A DNA stretch of 64,000 nt from assembly GCA_053919585.1 (NCBI GenBank), contig CM132793.1; one strand, 5' to 3'. This DNA is from Euprymna scolopes (taxonomy: Eukaryota). The notes below the pieces were generated by a model. It ran no database searches, was not told the DNA's origin, and saw only the letters and a list, made by a program, of their open reading frames with translations. This document shows, piece after piece, positions 41,951 to 55,459 of the stretch. Positions within the stretch are counted from its first letter, which is position 1, and each line of letters opens with the position of its first letter. The translations under genes and the position numbers were made by a program.

Positions 41951-42794
41951 CATTACGTCTTTACAATCTGGCGCTTTTTGCCATGTGTCTCCACGCCGTT
42001 TTACAATTCATTGTTTCATAAACAAACTTACTTTACAGATGTAATAAAACACTAAACATGAGCTAGTTTAAATAATTGATTGTGCCAACCAGAGAGTGTC
42101 GCGCAACGTGGAGTAAAAAAACAATCTAGTCTACTCACCTCTACAAAAGTTAATTTAGCTTATTATATATTTAACATTTCCTATCGAAAAATACATATAT
42201 AACATACCCAAGCTACAGTTTAATTTATAAAAATAACGTTATAACTGATATAATTTTATTGTGTTTCGTTGATATATGTCCGCTGTAAGACAACAGCAAG
42301 ATAATACATAATGCTGTTAATACTTATGATAAAAGTAGATGATGATTTAGATTAAGCGTAAAAACTATCGAGGATGCCCTTACTTAGATGTCGAAATCTT
42401 GTTTGAACTTCACCAGTAAATATGTTAGTGCGTCTTGGTTAAGTATAAAAACACTAATAAGCTATACATGCATTAACTAACGGTAATTTGTCAAAAAGAA
42501 AGCCACTACCAACATTACACATTTCTGGAGACTCTCCTATTAAATACATTCACACCCTGATCTTATACAGGGTTAATGAATGGTTTCTACTGCAATAACG
42601 CATGGCAGTTATTATGGATTAATTCAAGAAAAATGGTCTACACCTCCATTTACAAATAAATTCCCGAATAACAAAATGGAAAAAAATCTATAGGTATTAG
42701 AGGTCCTACATACAAATCAAAAATTAAAATTACTCCTATGACTTGCTTTTTTCAATAATAATTTATTTATACAAGAATAATATAACACACCCAC

Positions 42795-42866
<72 letters not shown>

Positions 42867-43469
42867 AATTTTGCACACATCTTTAAACATTATTTAGCTA
42901 GGTTAATTTCGTAAGGGTAAAAATAGTTTTAAGATTTTAATTGAACGTTTCTAACATTATTTGGTTTTCTAATACATACAAAGTAACTTTATGAAGTAAT
43001 GTTTTGAAATATGTGACCAAACTTCTATTGAAAATTTGCGTCAACTAAACAAATATACACATTAATTTCAGACAAACAAAAACACCCAGACGTACTTTCT
43101 CTTCCTCCACTAGTTGTGGACGTGTTAGTGTTAATACCACCAGCAATGTGAAGAAAACGATATTAAACCAATAGGTTTATTTGTAAAATATGCTTTAGAA
43201 TAAAAGTCTCGCACTAAAATATAATTTTAATCATTTACTAAAAATCGTTTATACCACTATTAACTTGTTTTTTTCGAAATAATATTTTCCAATATGTAAT
43301 TAGAATATTTATATTATAAATTCGCGTTAACCAACAAATAACACATCTAGATTTCAGATTTCAGCAGTTGTAAGTAACCCAAGACACATTTTTCTTTCTC
43401 CACGTGGCGCATACACATATATGATATTACCAATAACAAAATAACGATATAAATATATATATATATATA

Positions 43470-45182
43470 TATTTTTTTTTTTTACATATATATTTATATA
43501 GATGTCACCACTTATAAAGGCCCGGAGTCCACTCAGGGATAGGGGTAATTGCGTATACAGTAATCAATGATATTGTATTGTAATAATCATTAGTATTGGA
43601 GATTTGATAGACTGTCTTACTTAAGAGGGCGGTTTGTCAGGAATTTGTTACATCCAAGTTGTAGTCAGGTGGGAAACGGGCAAAGGGAAGAGAGTTTCAC
43701 AGTCGTGCCCTTCTGAGAAAGAAGCCTCTGCTCATGGAACCAACGTTTCGATTTAGGCATAGATACAGAGTGGGGAAAATTATTGACAGTACTTTCAGCC
43801 AGACGGGTGTTTCTCGTAAAAGATTGGCGAGGGGGGACGATAGATTGGAGCTCAGACGAGCACTTGCCATGGAAATAACGATAAAACAAAAACAGGCTCG
43901 TAACGTCTCTTCTGTGGGAGAGAGGCTACAGAGAAGAGAAAAGGGCATCTCCCACTAAGCCACAAAGTCTATTTTGTACTATGTCAAGGCAGGATGTGGC
44001 AGTAGTATTCCATCCTGGGACGTATTTGGTTTTTATACGTATAGAGAATTACATCTGATGTAGTGTTTCATTTCAGATCAGGAGTAAAGGTCCAACCCAA
44101 AAGATTGTCAAAACATGGAGCCTCCCTAAGACGAGAGCCATCCATTTCCATTGATGACAGATGGCGATCAGAGCGTTGATGGTGTAAAAGTTGAAGCTTG
44201 GTTTTGGATGCATTAAAAGTAACCAGCCACCTCTTCCCCCATTGTACCACGTGCTCAAGATCAGAAGCGAGAGAATTAGAGAAAACCTTGTCATTTACAG
44301 CCTTTGATGTGTTGCCATAGATGGTCGTGTCATAAGCATAGATGTAAACGAATGATTTAAGTATGTGTTTTGGGAGATCATCGATGTAGATCAGGAAGAG
44401 AGTTGGGCCTAGGGCAGACCCCTGAGGGACTCCAGCATTAATACTGCAGGCCTCTGATTTCTGCACATCAACTACTACTCTTATGAACCTATTGGAGAGA
44501 AATGATTTAATGAAGAAAACATTACCAGTGATACCGTAGCTGGAAATCTTGTGAATTAGGCCCGTATGCCATACCTTATCGAAGGCCTTCGATATGTCAA
44601 GAGCAATTGTCATGGAAAGGATGCCTTTGTCAAGAGATTCACTAATCCTATGAGATATAATAGTTAGCACATCTGCTGTAGATCCTACGGAGCGGAAAAC
44701 ATATTATGTGTCACTAAGAAGGGTTTTTTTCTGCTGAGGTGGTTGACTACTTCTTTATTTAATATGGATTCCAACAACTTACTCATGACACACAGGAGAC
44801 TTATTAGTCTGTACTTAAAGGGAGATAACTTTTCACCTGAATTCTTAAATACAGGGCAAACTGATGAGGTTTTCCTGGGTGTTGGAAAGCACTTCTCCTA
44901 AAGGCAACGTTTAAACAGTTTTGTAAGCACTTTAACTGGAATGCCGCCAGGACCAGTTGCTTTACTGGAATCAAGACTATTGATTAGCTTGGCGACCTCA
45001 CGCACAGATAGTTGCATGTTGGATAGCGTGTTATCTGTTATAGGAGGAAATACGGGGAGTTGATGACCTTCGTCGCATAGGGTAGAATTAGCTGCAAAGT
45101 TCTGGCAAATAGGGTTGCCATTGTCTGATGCTGGCATGATAATCTCAGGTCGATTGATGATGGTTGGGATAGAACGCACTGA

Positions 45183-45185
<3 letters not shown>
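43470..45185 (-). mobile_element. 5'-truncated CR1/Jockey-group LINE (RT pseudogene)
   Basis: KATGPGGIP, RSVGSTADVL, ALDISKAFDKVWHTGL, GVPQGSALGPTLFLIYIDDL, YAYDTT (mutated YADD), WLVTFNASKT, FYRYFHGKCSSEL; A-rich tail at ~43473-43483. Confidence 0.92.
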
Positions 45186-45245
<60 letters not shown>

Positions 45246-46471
45246 GAATCGATGTTAATTTACACTTTTGCGATGATTTCCTTTCAAACGATAAATTATT
45301 TAGCGAATTTTCTGGGTCTGTTGTATATTTGTGCCCCGAAAGTATATTTTTATTTTTTATTCAAATTACAAGAAAAATAGATGCCGTTCAAATTCATTCT
45401 ACTTATGTTAAATCTTTCATTTATCCCTAAACATATCTGGACGAAATCACCGGCCTCTATCGCCTTTATGATTGGTTGAATTGCATCAAAAATTTCATAT
45501 TATATGCAAGTAATAAAGAGTTAACAATACCGCAAGGAAAACTCGTTACTGATTGACGACAGCAAATAATTTGATTTCCTGAAATAAAATATTCTGCTGT
45601 TGGGACTTTTAAACTTATTTGAATGTTTAGCATTTTACTAATAAAAATAAAGCTACTGATTTAACGTCGATGTTTAACATGCACAGCGTTCAATAAAGCT
45701 TATTAAAATCTCAGCTGGCTTTAAAATACGATTAGTTTTGTTTCCCCTCGAAATTTAGCTGACACTTCTAAAACTACAGTTTTCAGAATGTGAAATCTTA
45801 CATTATCTTGCTTAGTACTTGAAGATTTAGAGCAATAAACATCAGTCGCCATCAATTTATTTTGTTATACTAAGAAATATCACAGTTAAAAGTGATCGCT
45901 TTGAATAACTAAAAAGAAAATGATACTTTAATATTTTCAAGACAATTTCTCTGTAGAACCTGACTCACTCAGTTGCAGATTGATGTAATAAAACTGCAAA
46001 ATTAGTTGTGAAATAGCTTTTCTCACAAGCATTAAATGCAATTTCTTGAGTAACAATAAAGTTTACGTTTAAAAGAAGGTCAAAGTTTTATGTATCACAT
46101 TTTTCATTGACGCCAAATAACATTTAAAACCCTTGTTTTTAAAAATTAAAACTGCGAACAATACTTTGACCACATCTTGATGTTTAGGCAACAACATTTG
46201 CAAATTATGATTGGTTGAAATACATCACATTCTCATTATAATTAATTTACGGCGCATTCCATTTCATTGGGTAAAGCGCAGTTTATCTTCCTAATTTCTC
46301 TAAGGTTATTTTGCCATGATTATTTTTCAATAATGCTTCTATAACAATCGATATCGATAGTTATCTCTTTATAAAAAAATGCAATACACAAAACACCTCG
46401 GGCATACAAAAATATAGATGGTGAAAAATATTGATAAATAATGTGTGTGCATTTTATCGCACCGAAGGGAT

Positions 46472-46710
46472 TATTAAAGGCTTTTGACAGGGTATGGTAT
46501 GAAGGCCTTCTCAGGAAAATCAGATCATATGGTATCACTGGAAGAATACATGATATAATTAAATCCTTCTTAGATAAGAGAAAAATCCAAGTGGTCCCCG
46601 AAGGTGGTACATCTAAACAATACGATATAAATGCGGGAGTTCCTCAGGGGTCTATCCTGGGACCTCTGTTATTCCTAATATTCATAAATGACCTCCCTGA
46701 CAAAATCCTT
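46472..46710 (+). mobile_element. CR1/Jockey-group RT fragment
   Basis: KAFDRVWYEGLL...GVPQGSILGPLLFLIFINDLPD. Confidence 0.88.
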
Positions 46711-46711
46711 T

Positions 46712-49280
46712 TTTGTCCCTCAGTCCTCATTCAATGAGTGCTTTTTCTGACAAAGGGTAAAGAAAAAGCTGCTTAAAGGACGGTAGTACTTGGTGAACAG
46801 TAGTCTGAGATGTCGTAAATTTTTCTGTCTCTATGTCTGTCCTTGTGGCCATGCCACTAGTAAGGGTGCTGGAGGTAAACGTTTTGTCCGGGCTGACGTT
46901 ATACGCCTGATAGTCAGGGACTCGAACCTTGGATTAACCACTAAGGAGGCTGTCCTATCAGCAGGCGCAAAGTACTGGAGCTGCTTTATTGCCATTTGGT
47001 GAGTGGATCTGGACCATGCAGTAGTCTCTGGTGGGGCCTCTCGATGCCATACTAGTGGGTAATTGTTACGGCTTTACCTTTTCGTGTGCTACAAAAAATC
47101 CTGTCTTTTTCTCTCTTACTTTCCCTCTCTGTACTGCTCTAACCAAATATGCCGACCTGTTCCACAAATCCCAAAACCTCAACATAAAATATCTCCAGAA
47201 TAAAAACTCGAATAAACCTATAACCCCATCTTCCAACGTAGACACTTACTACCAGGTATCCTTCTCCAACGTCAGGGGTCTACGTTCCAACCTTCCAGAG
47301 GTTGAAATCCAATTACAGGAGACGAAACCGGACATATGATTTCTAAGTGAAACTGAAATAGGGCCGACCACTTTCCTAGATGAGTTCATAATTAATGGAT
47401 ACTCTAACTTAACAGCTAAATCTGACCCCCAAGATCGCCATGGGCATGGAATATGTGCCTACATTACAGATGGCTTCCCGTGTGGCAGGGATATCTCTAG
47501 AAAAACTCCTAATTTACCCTATATGTGCTTCAGGGTTGCACTTGCTAACACCACTGCATTTATATTTGCCCTCTATCGGTCCCACAACATTTTTTTACTA
47601 TTTATAAGAGCATATCTGAGAAAACAGACTACATCCTGTCTGCACATACCTCGGCAAACATCCACATCTGTGGTGACTTCAACGTCCATAACGTGTAATT
47701 GCTGACCCATTCAAATAAGACGGACGATCAGGGGAGGTGTTGTCATGATTTTGCCATTGCTTATGACCTCACTCATATTGTTCGCGAACCCACCCGTGTG
47801 CCCGATACACTCGGTCACCATGCAAGCTACCTAGACCTATTTCTCTCAACTTCCCCATGAGCTATGTTCATGTCCCGTTCATTCTCCTCTAGGATCCTCC
47901 GACCACTCCGTCGTATCACTTAAGATAAAAACGAAATCTAAGAAATCCCCAGACGTACCCCTCCACCGTATTGTATACAGATACTCTATGGCTGACTTGG
48001 ATAGTTTCCGTACATTCATATCTGATTTACCTCTGCACTCCAGGTTTAAAAAAGGAAGTGTCCTCTATAGTATCAGATCTGACCGAATGGTTAATTGTAG
48101 GCATAGACCAATTCATACCATCTAAAAAATTCCAACAAAAACCTAACAGCCAGCCATGGTTCTCCCCAGAATGTGCTGCTGCTATCGCGCACAGAAATCA
48201 CTTTTTCCATAGCTACCAACGTAATAGATGCACTGAGATTAAAGCTGCTTTCAGGATTGCCAGCAACCATTGTAAATGAGTAATAAAAATGCAAGAGAGC
48301 TATATGCCCAGTCTGTTAAATCCAAGGTAGCTGATCAGCGGCTTGGTTCCCGCCAGTTTTGGCAAATAACAAATAGGATCCTGAACAGAAGTGTCCGTTC
48401 TATCCCAACCATTATCAATGGACCAGTGGTCATCTCGTCAGCGTCAGACAAGGCCAAACTATTCGCAGCTAATTCTACCCTATGCGACGAAGGCCATCAA
48501 CTCCCCATATTTCCTCCTATAACACAGAACACGCTAGGTAACATACAAATATTCGTGCATGAGGCCGCCAAGCTAATCAAGAAACTTGATTCCAGTAAAG
48601 CAACTGGCCCTGACGGCATACCAATTATAGTGTTAAAAAAGCTTCAACCAGAACTTGCTCCCATACTTACGATACTGTTTAAGCGCTGCCTTCAGGAGAA
48701 GTGCTTTCCAACTCCTTTACTGACCTCATCAGTTTGCCCTGTATTTAAGAATTTAGGTGATGAGTCACCTCCCTCTCAGTACACACCAATAAGTCTTCTG
48801 TGTGTTATGAGTAAGTTGCTGGAATCCAGATTAAATAGAGAAATAGTCAACCGCCTCAGCAGAAACAACCTTCTTAGTGACACACAATATGGGTTCCGCT
48901 CTGCAAGATCTACCGCAGATGTGCTGCGGTTATATCTCACAGGATTAGTGAATCTCTTGACAAAGGCTTCCGTTCTAGGGCAATTGCTCTTGACATATCA
49001 AAGGCCTTTGGCAAGTAGATATCCCTAGATATAAGATATCCTTTTACTCCAGTAGTTTCTTCCCCAGGGAAGCTAAACTTTGGAATCCCATGCCGGGCCC
49101 ATGCTTCCCCAACTCTACTGCCATGCAGAAGTTCAAGTACAACATGAACCGGCATCTTGCTGCTCAACTCCCTACAGAGTATCCCTGATTCCCATGTCCC
49201 TGATAGTAGCCCCCTACAACAAAATGGCGATATGCCTTGTTTGGGGTGAAAATGTAATAAAAAAAATAAAAAAATAAAAA
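46712..49280 (+). mobile_element. CR1/Jockey-group LINE: 5' UTR, APE endonuclease and RT start, internally deleted, with 3' UTR and A-rich tail
   Basis: APE motifs FSNVRGLRSN, LSETE, CGDFNVH, PTRVPD...LDLFLS, LGSSDHSVV; PWFSPECAAAI; KATGPDGIP; QYGFRSARSTAD; ALDISKAF, then a jump to the 3' end. Multiple stops. Confidence 0.9.
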
Positions 49281-49887
49281 TTTTACTCAGCATTAAATTA
49301 ATGGATGCTTCTTTTTTGAGGGTGGGAAAGCCATAATTATAATCGGACACTGTGGTCAAATATAGTACAGATTTTGGAAAGACTTCTCACTAAAAAGACA
49401 ATTCTGCAAACGGGTTAAAACACCGCTTTTTGGCACGTTTACCTGCTCTTCTATAGACTTAAATTAGCAATTGGATTAAAAGAGTGTCATCACTTCTCTT
49501 GTTTTCTAGGGCATTTGCTAAGTTTGTGCAACCTCAACGTTCAGCAACATATATGCCCATATAAATTGATACATGTCTTGCAATAGCTTGATTAAACTAA
49601 GTGTTTGAGGGTCGAGCATCTGTATCTGGTTTTCTAGTTTCTAATCCCTCTAGGTTCAGTTTCTCTAAAACGGAAAGAATACGCGCGTCCATGAATGATT
49701 GTATCATTAAATATAAGTTGTTTCTCATATAAAAGGAAAAAACTTGTTAATGATAATATAGGGCAGCCTAGCATTTAGGTAAATCGCTTCATAATATTTA
49801 TAATATGGACGAAGAAATTCATTAAATATATTACAGAATGAATAAACAGAAGAATGACACATGAACAGGCGTACATGTATACACGTG

Positions 49888-49960
<73 letters not shown>

Positions 49961-50072
49961 TATTTGTTTACGTCCAATTAAAAATATGGGCGATTTTCTA
50001 AAGAACACCCAATCTTAAAGGCGGAGACGCTAACTTTAATATCGTTTAAAAAATCAACAAAATCTACGAGTG

Positions 50073-50134
<62 letters not shown>

Positions 50135-50246
50135 CGTGTGTGTGTGTGTGTGTATAGTGTAAAATTTTGTTGAAAATTCAAATACTCGTCTTCGTTTTTA
50201 TAACCTTTGTTTATTTCCTGGATTTTTTCAATTACAGCTGTTTCAT

Positions 50247-50320
<74 letters not shown>

Positions 50321-50704
50321 GTAATCTTTTAGATAAGAATCGCTGTTTTTAATAATCTACTTAATTTCACTCGAAAATACCGATATAGGTATATATATAT
50401 ATGAATATGTATTAATTTAAGTATTTGAGTCGGTAATATGTGCTACTAGATGTACTCCCTTATGGATATATGAGCGAGTATATAAAGGGTAATTAATTTG
50501 CATATTGTCTGAAATAAACTTATTTATAAATTATTAATTGCTTATATTTTATGTATACTCTTGGAAGTTTGCTTCTGCTTAATGTTCGGTGGAAAAATAT
50601 GAGACGATTTTAAATGTTTCCTCTTCTTGTTATCGTAAATTGAATTCATTAATAAACAAATTGAAATAAAATAGTGAGGTAAACCGAGCTAAAATAATGA
50701 GCAT

Positions 50705-50742
50705 TCGAACTGTAGTCGAATGTTTTGCCACTAAGCTACATC
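50705..50742 (-). mobile_element. Truncated tRNA-derived SINE head
   Basis: Minus strand gatgtagcttagtggcaaaacattcgactacag followed directly by gttcgaa; A and B boxes with an internal deletion. Confidence 0.4.
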
Positions 50743-51065
50743 TTCTGATTATAAGGAATATGTTTTATTTTAAATGATGGGCTGGAATTGTAATATCTCC
50801 CTTACTAATGTAACGTAGAACATGCTCCTGTAAAAAGTATTCTATTTCATCTATAAGAGAGAAAAGAGTTTTTTTTATGATCGGAGTTTTTCGAATCTCG
50901 ATACTTATCGGATAAATTAGTGTGTAAACATATTTAAGAACACTACCAGATATATTAATTACTTTGTTTTGAATCTACAAAAGAGAACATAAGCCATTTC
51001 GGATCATATAGGGAAGGAACTCTGTCTCACTTTCTCCCTCACACACACATACACACACACATACA

Positions 51066-51117
<52 letters not shown>

Positions 51118-52004
51118 AATTGTAATTGTGTTTTTTATTAAACTAATTCATAGCCCATGGATGTTTTTTACATAAGCTCATTGCGCAATTCACTTCTAAT
51201 ATTTTTTGCATAATTATTAGAACATCGTTTTATTTTAAGTCGCCGTAAAAATCCTTAACTTACTATCTGAAATGTTTTTATCTTAGGTATGTCAGTAATT
51301 CTTTATTATTATTCTGCTAGTTAGTCTCATTGCAGAAAACACCCATATTATAAACTAAATAAAATAAAGAAAATATGTGTTTTATATATTTAGTTGAATG
51401 TGATGTATTAAGTAATAATAAGTAAGGTAAATGTTATTTTAAATCATTTCCATTTGTATTATGTGTATATATGTATACAGTAAAAGGCAGTAAGATATAT
51501 ATAATGAACTAGAGGGAAAGACAAACAACACAGATACACCACACACAAAGCTAAGGAAAAAAACGCTGTTTATTAAACCCTGTCGGCATCCATTAATTAA
51601 TCTATTTATTTATCTATATACATTGCATCGAATGCACGATAATTGCATAGAAAATCAATAGATTAACAGATTTCACACGCACATACAAACACACACACAA
51701 CAAATAAACACTCGTTTGTCACCATATCAATGATAGCTTTCGGCGCGTCGTGGTGTCTGGAGGAATTTCTCTTGTGGCTATATTATTTGTGCTCCTCGGG
51801 CGGATGCCTTGGTGGAGCGATCAAATATCTCCTTTGACCACGTTACATCATTCCCATGGTCCGATTTACATGTTATTTTCGTTGAGAGTCATTAAGCCTC
51901 TTTGTATATTATAGTAAAGTGTCAATATCGAAAAAAAATCCATACTAAGTGCGTTAAAATAATGTCGTTTGTGCAACGTTTCGCTCGATGTAGTCTTCGA
52001 CCTT

Positions 52005-52600
52005 CATTGTGCATGTTTGTCGAATTTTAAAAACAATATGCAACCATTATGATATTAGAACAAGACTCAAAAGTGTCTCGACTCTCAAAAAACACCTAGT
52101 AGGAATGGCACCCACGATCGAAAGTCTAATGACAAAGTACTGTGTATATGATATTCCATGCAAATATGGAAAACTATACAAAGGTGAGGCTAGAACAACA
52201 CCATAAAACCCTGACACTAAAGGAGGTAAAAAGTCGGAACTAGCTGATGACTTATGAAAGGAAAAAGGAACACACATCCGTGTATGAAAATAAAAGCAGG
52301 TATGATATTATAATATTACAGAAAAAGGGAAAGAAAACCTTTTGTCTTTATAGAAAATTCTCAAAGTTTCCTCTCCATTTTCTGGAAACTTCCTCAAGAG
52401 AATGATACGGGTGATTGAGGAAAACAAAATATACCAAAGACGAGAGGAGAATCCTAAAAACATGTAAATATCTCACGTTTCATAAACTTTTCCTCCCATC
52501 TTTGTTATACATTATTTTCCCCAATCATCCTTACCATTCACTAGGAGGTCCTCCGAATATCGGGATGAAACGTTGAGATGAGAAACGAGGCAAAAATAAT
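52005..52600 (+). mobile_element. Decayed Penelope/Poseidon-type PLE GIY-YIG and 3' fragment
   Basis: ICNHYDIRT...TLKKHL...CVYDIPCKYGKLYKGEA (cf. VYxIPCxCGxxYIGET); degenerate minimal hammerhead at ~52538-52577. Confidence 0.7.
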
Positions 52601-54739
52601 TGACACTGAGCACATATGGAGAGTATGACGATCAATAGAAGCGGCACTTATGCTAAAAAAGAAAAAAAAATACTAAACATACCGGGCATAGAGATCAGCA
52701 GTATATAGCAGACTCTAATTATAAAGAAAAAGAATGTTCAACGCCTTCCTTACAATTTCAATGATAAAATGGATATAATCCCTGTCAATCTTTATTAAAG
52801 TTGCCTCCATTTGCAAATTATTTTTTTCATACAAACTAATCCATAGCGAAAAAAACAAGACAAAACAAAACAAAAACAAAAACAACTCCAAAAATAGGAA
52901 ACCAACTATTGATCCAGTAACTTTCTCACAACTTTCCAACATGGAGATCAATATGCCTAAAGAAGGCCTTAGATCGACCGAAACTTTGCACAAAAACACT
53001 CAAGATGAGAACACTAGTCCGATAAAAGTACGTAATATAAATTCATTTTAATATTGTATAAAACCAAATCTGAAAATTATTACTCATGAAATTTTAAATT
53101 TAATGAGCATAGACCAACTGTACATTTTACAAAGGTGTGTACATAAAGTGGTTGTAAACATCATTTCCTCATTGCTTTTCTAATCTACAGAATAAATAAA
53201 TAATCGTGCGATCTCGGCTCTATGGTGGCTAGTGAAGATTACAACATCAACAAAATGCTTATTGTCTTCTTCATTAACAAACTTTGTGAATCAGTACAAT
53301 GTTATATTAAAAGATTGATTTCCGTTTCCGCTGTAAACGATGGGGTGTATGTTATTACTTAAATTTCGTAAATATTAGTACGTGAATTCTTCAACTGGGA
53401 AGTACAAAATCTATAAAGTTTTTTCATAGTCAAATATTATAACTTGCAAGAAATATAATTAAAACAATAATATAAATACTGATTAAAAAAATTAATGCCT
53501 TCACCCTCAACTGGGCACTTCTGTACAAGAAGGGGTCGCATTTTTCGCCGATATTTTCGAAAGTCATCCCCTCTTTATGATTGACTAGCCTTAATTTTAA
53601 TCTTCGCCACTTCCTTGTTTGCGATGGACACAACAACATAGGCTTCATTTTTTTTCACGTTATTTTCCTCATCGCGTTTCGGGTTCGAGCCTACCTGCCT
53701 ACTGCCATGTGTTGGTTTTTTTTTTTCATGTTCAAAGCACACTTCTTAACACCGGGCAACAATAAGTTCATACCATTAAAGAGTAAATTTTATTGAAGGA
53801 AATACAAGCCAAATACTTTCTATGTGGTTATACATATCTTCCAAGAATAATACTGTTAAATGGGGCTCTCTATTTAATTGATCCAAAAATGTATGGAAAC
53901 CATGATAAGATGGAAATAAATAAAATGGGAGCACAACATTAATATATTATAATTATCGTCATAGTGATGATTATGTAACTATCAATATTATTTCAATGAT
54001 AAATTGCTTTGTGTATTTTTTCTACAGAATTGTTCACTCAGTTACAATATTATACTAATGAAATCGGAATCTCCTCCAGACATAAGACCTTGGAACAGTG
54101 TTTAAAAGATATTGGATAATGATACTAAACACCTGTATGGGATATATTGTATACAATACTTTGTAAAACCAATCCGTGAAAATATAAAATCTTGCAAATA
54201 AAGACAATCAACTACATAACCCTATTTAACAGAATATAAAATAGACGTTTTCCGATCAAGAAAATTTGCAGTTAGGACACTGCATAAACGTTTGGTAGTG
54301 TGAAAGCGATAGTTAGCCTGACGCCAGCCCAATGAAAATGTTGTAAATAACTAACGAGCTAGCACGCCTCGTGAGAGATCGTTTTAGAACAATGATTTCA
54401 TTTTTCCTTTTAAGTCAATATATGACGTATGATTACATACTCATTCAATAATAAGCTAAGTAAGTAAGATCATGTAATCGAATTTTGAAAAGTTTTGTTA
54501 TAAAATTTTCATTGTAGTCCTTATTAATTCCAGACAATAGTTATAAAATTTCATTTCTAATAACTAATAAATTCCCGTTATCNNNNNNNNNNNNNNNNNN
54601 NNNNNNNNNNNNNNNNNNNNNNNNNNNNNNNNNNNNNNNNNNNNNNNNNNNNNNNNNNNNNNNNNNNNNNNNNNNNNNNNNNNNNNNNNNNNNNNNNNNN
54701 NNNNNNNNNNNNAAACATGTTAACAAACACTTTGAAATG

Positions 54740-55400
54740 AGTTAAAAACATATTTTATCTGAAAAGGAAACACTAGATAAGTGGATAGTCCTTAATCCGC
54801 GGAGTTTCGAAGAAACACTTTCCTTCTCATCAGAGGGTAGGAATGAGCAAAATGCAGGATCGGATTTTGCATGCAAAAGTATTTGATAAAACCAGAAGTA
54901 AGTAAAAGATCTTATTTGAAAACAAAAAAAAGTGAAGCCGAGGGAATATGGTGAAGAAAAAAGTGATTACACATGAATGGATAGTCTGGTGAAAGACAAA
55001 TACTCCGGCGATGGTAAAATCCAAATATATAACTCTAAGAAAGTTAATTGAATTTCTATTTGCACAAGTAAAATCCAAGGAAATCCCGTAATTGGAAGAA
55101 GATGGTCCATAATAATCCAAAGGCAGAAATCCATGGAAAAATTCATAAAAATGTGTACAAAGAAAAAAAGGAAAAAAATTCCAATAATATTAATAAAAGA
55201 AAAATAAGATATGCTTTTTACTCTACTGCCGAGATACAAATATAAATAAGAAAGATCAAGGAAGAAAAAGAGGAGAAAAAATGGTGATAGAGTTAAATAT
55301 AAAATGGAGAAACAAATGTCAAAATGACCCAGACAGGAAATGTTAAAGGCGCGAAAAAATATATAGGGCAAAATAATATAGGTCAACTAAAATGTACAGG
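54740..55400 (+). mobile_element. Decayed R4/Dong-like LINE fragment
   Basis: KSRNWKK..GP..IQ remnant (~55080-55125; cf. PNWKAPGPDxIQG) in A-rich coding-like sequence. Confidence 0.45.
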
Positions 55401-55408
55401 CCATCACT

Positions 55409-55456
<48 letters not shown>

Positions 55457-55459
<3 letters not shown>

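Noticed and set aside
46472-46710. RT fragment beginning at KAFD, where the downstream LINE's RT stops (possible permutation)
   Set aside because: It is clearly diverged from the family represented at 44.1-44.6 kb, so probably a coincidental older fragment.
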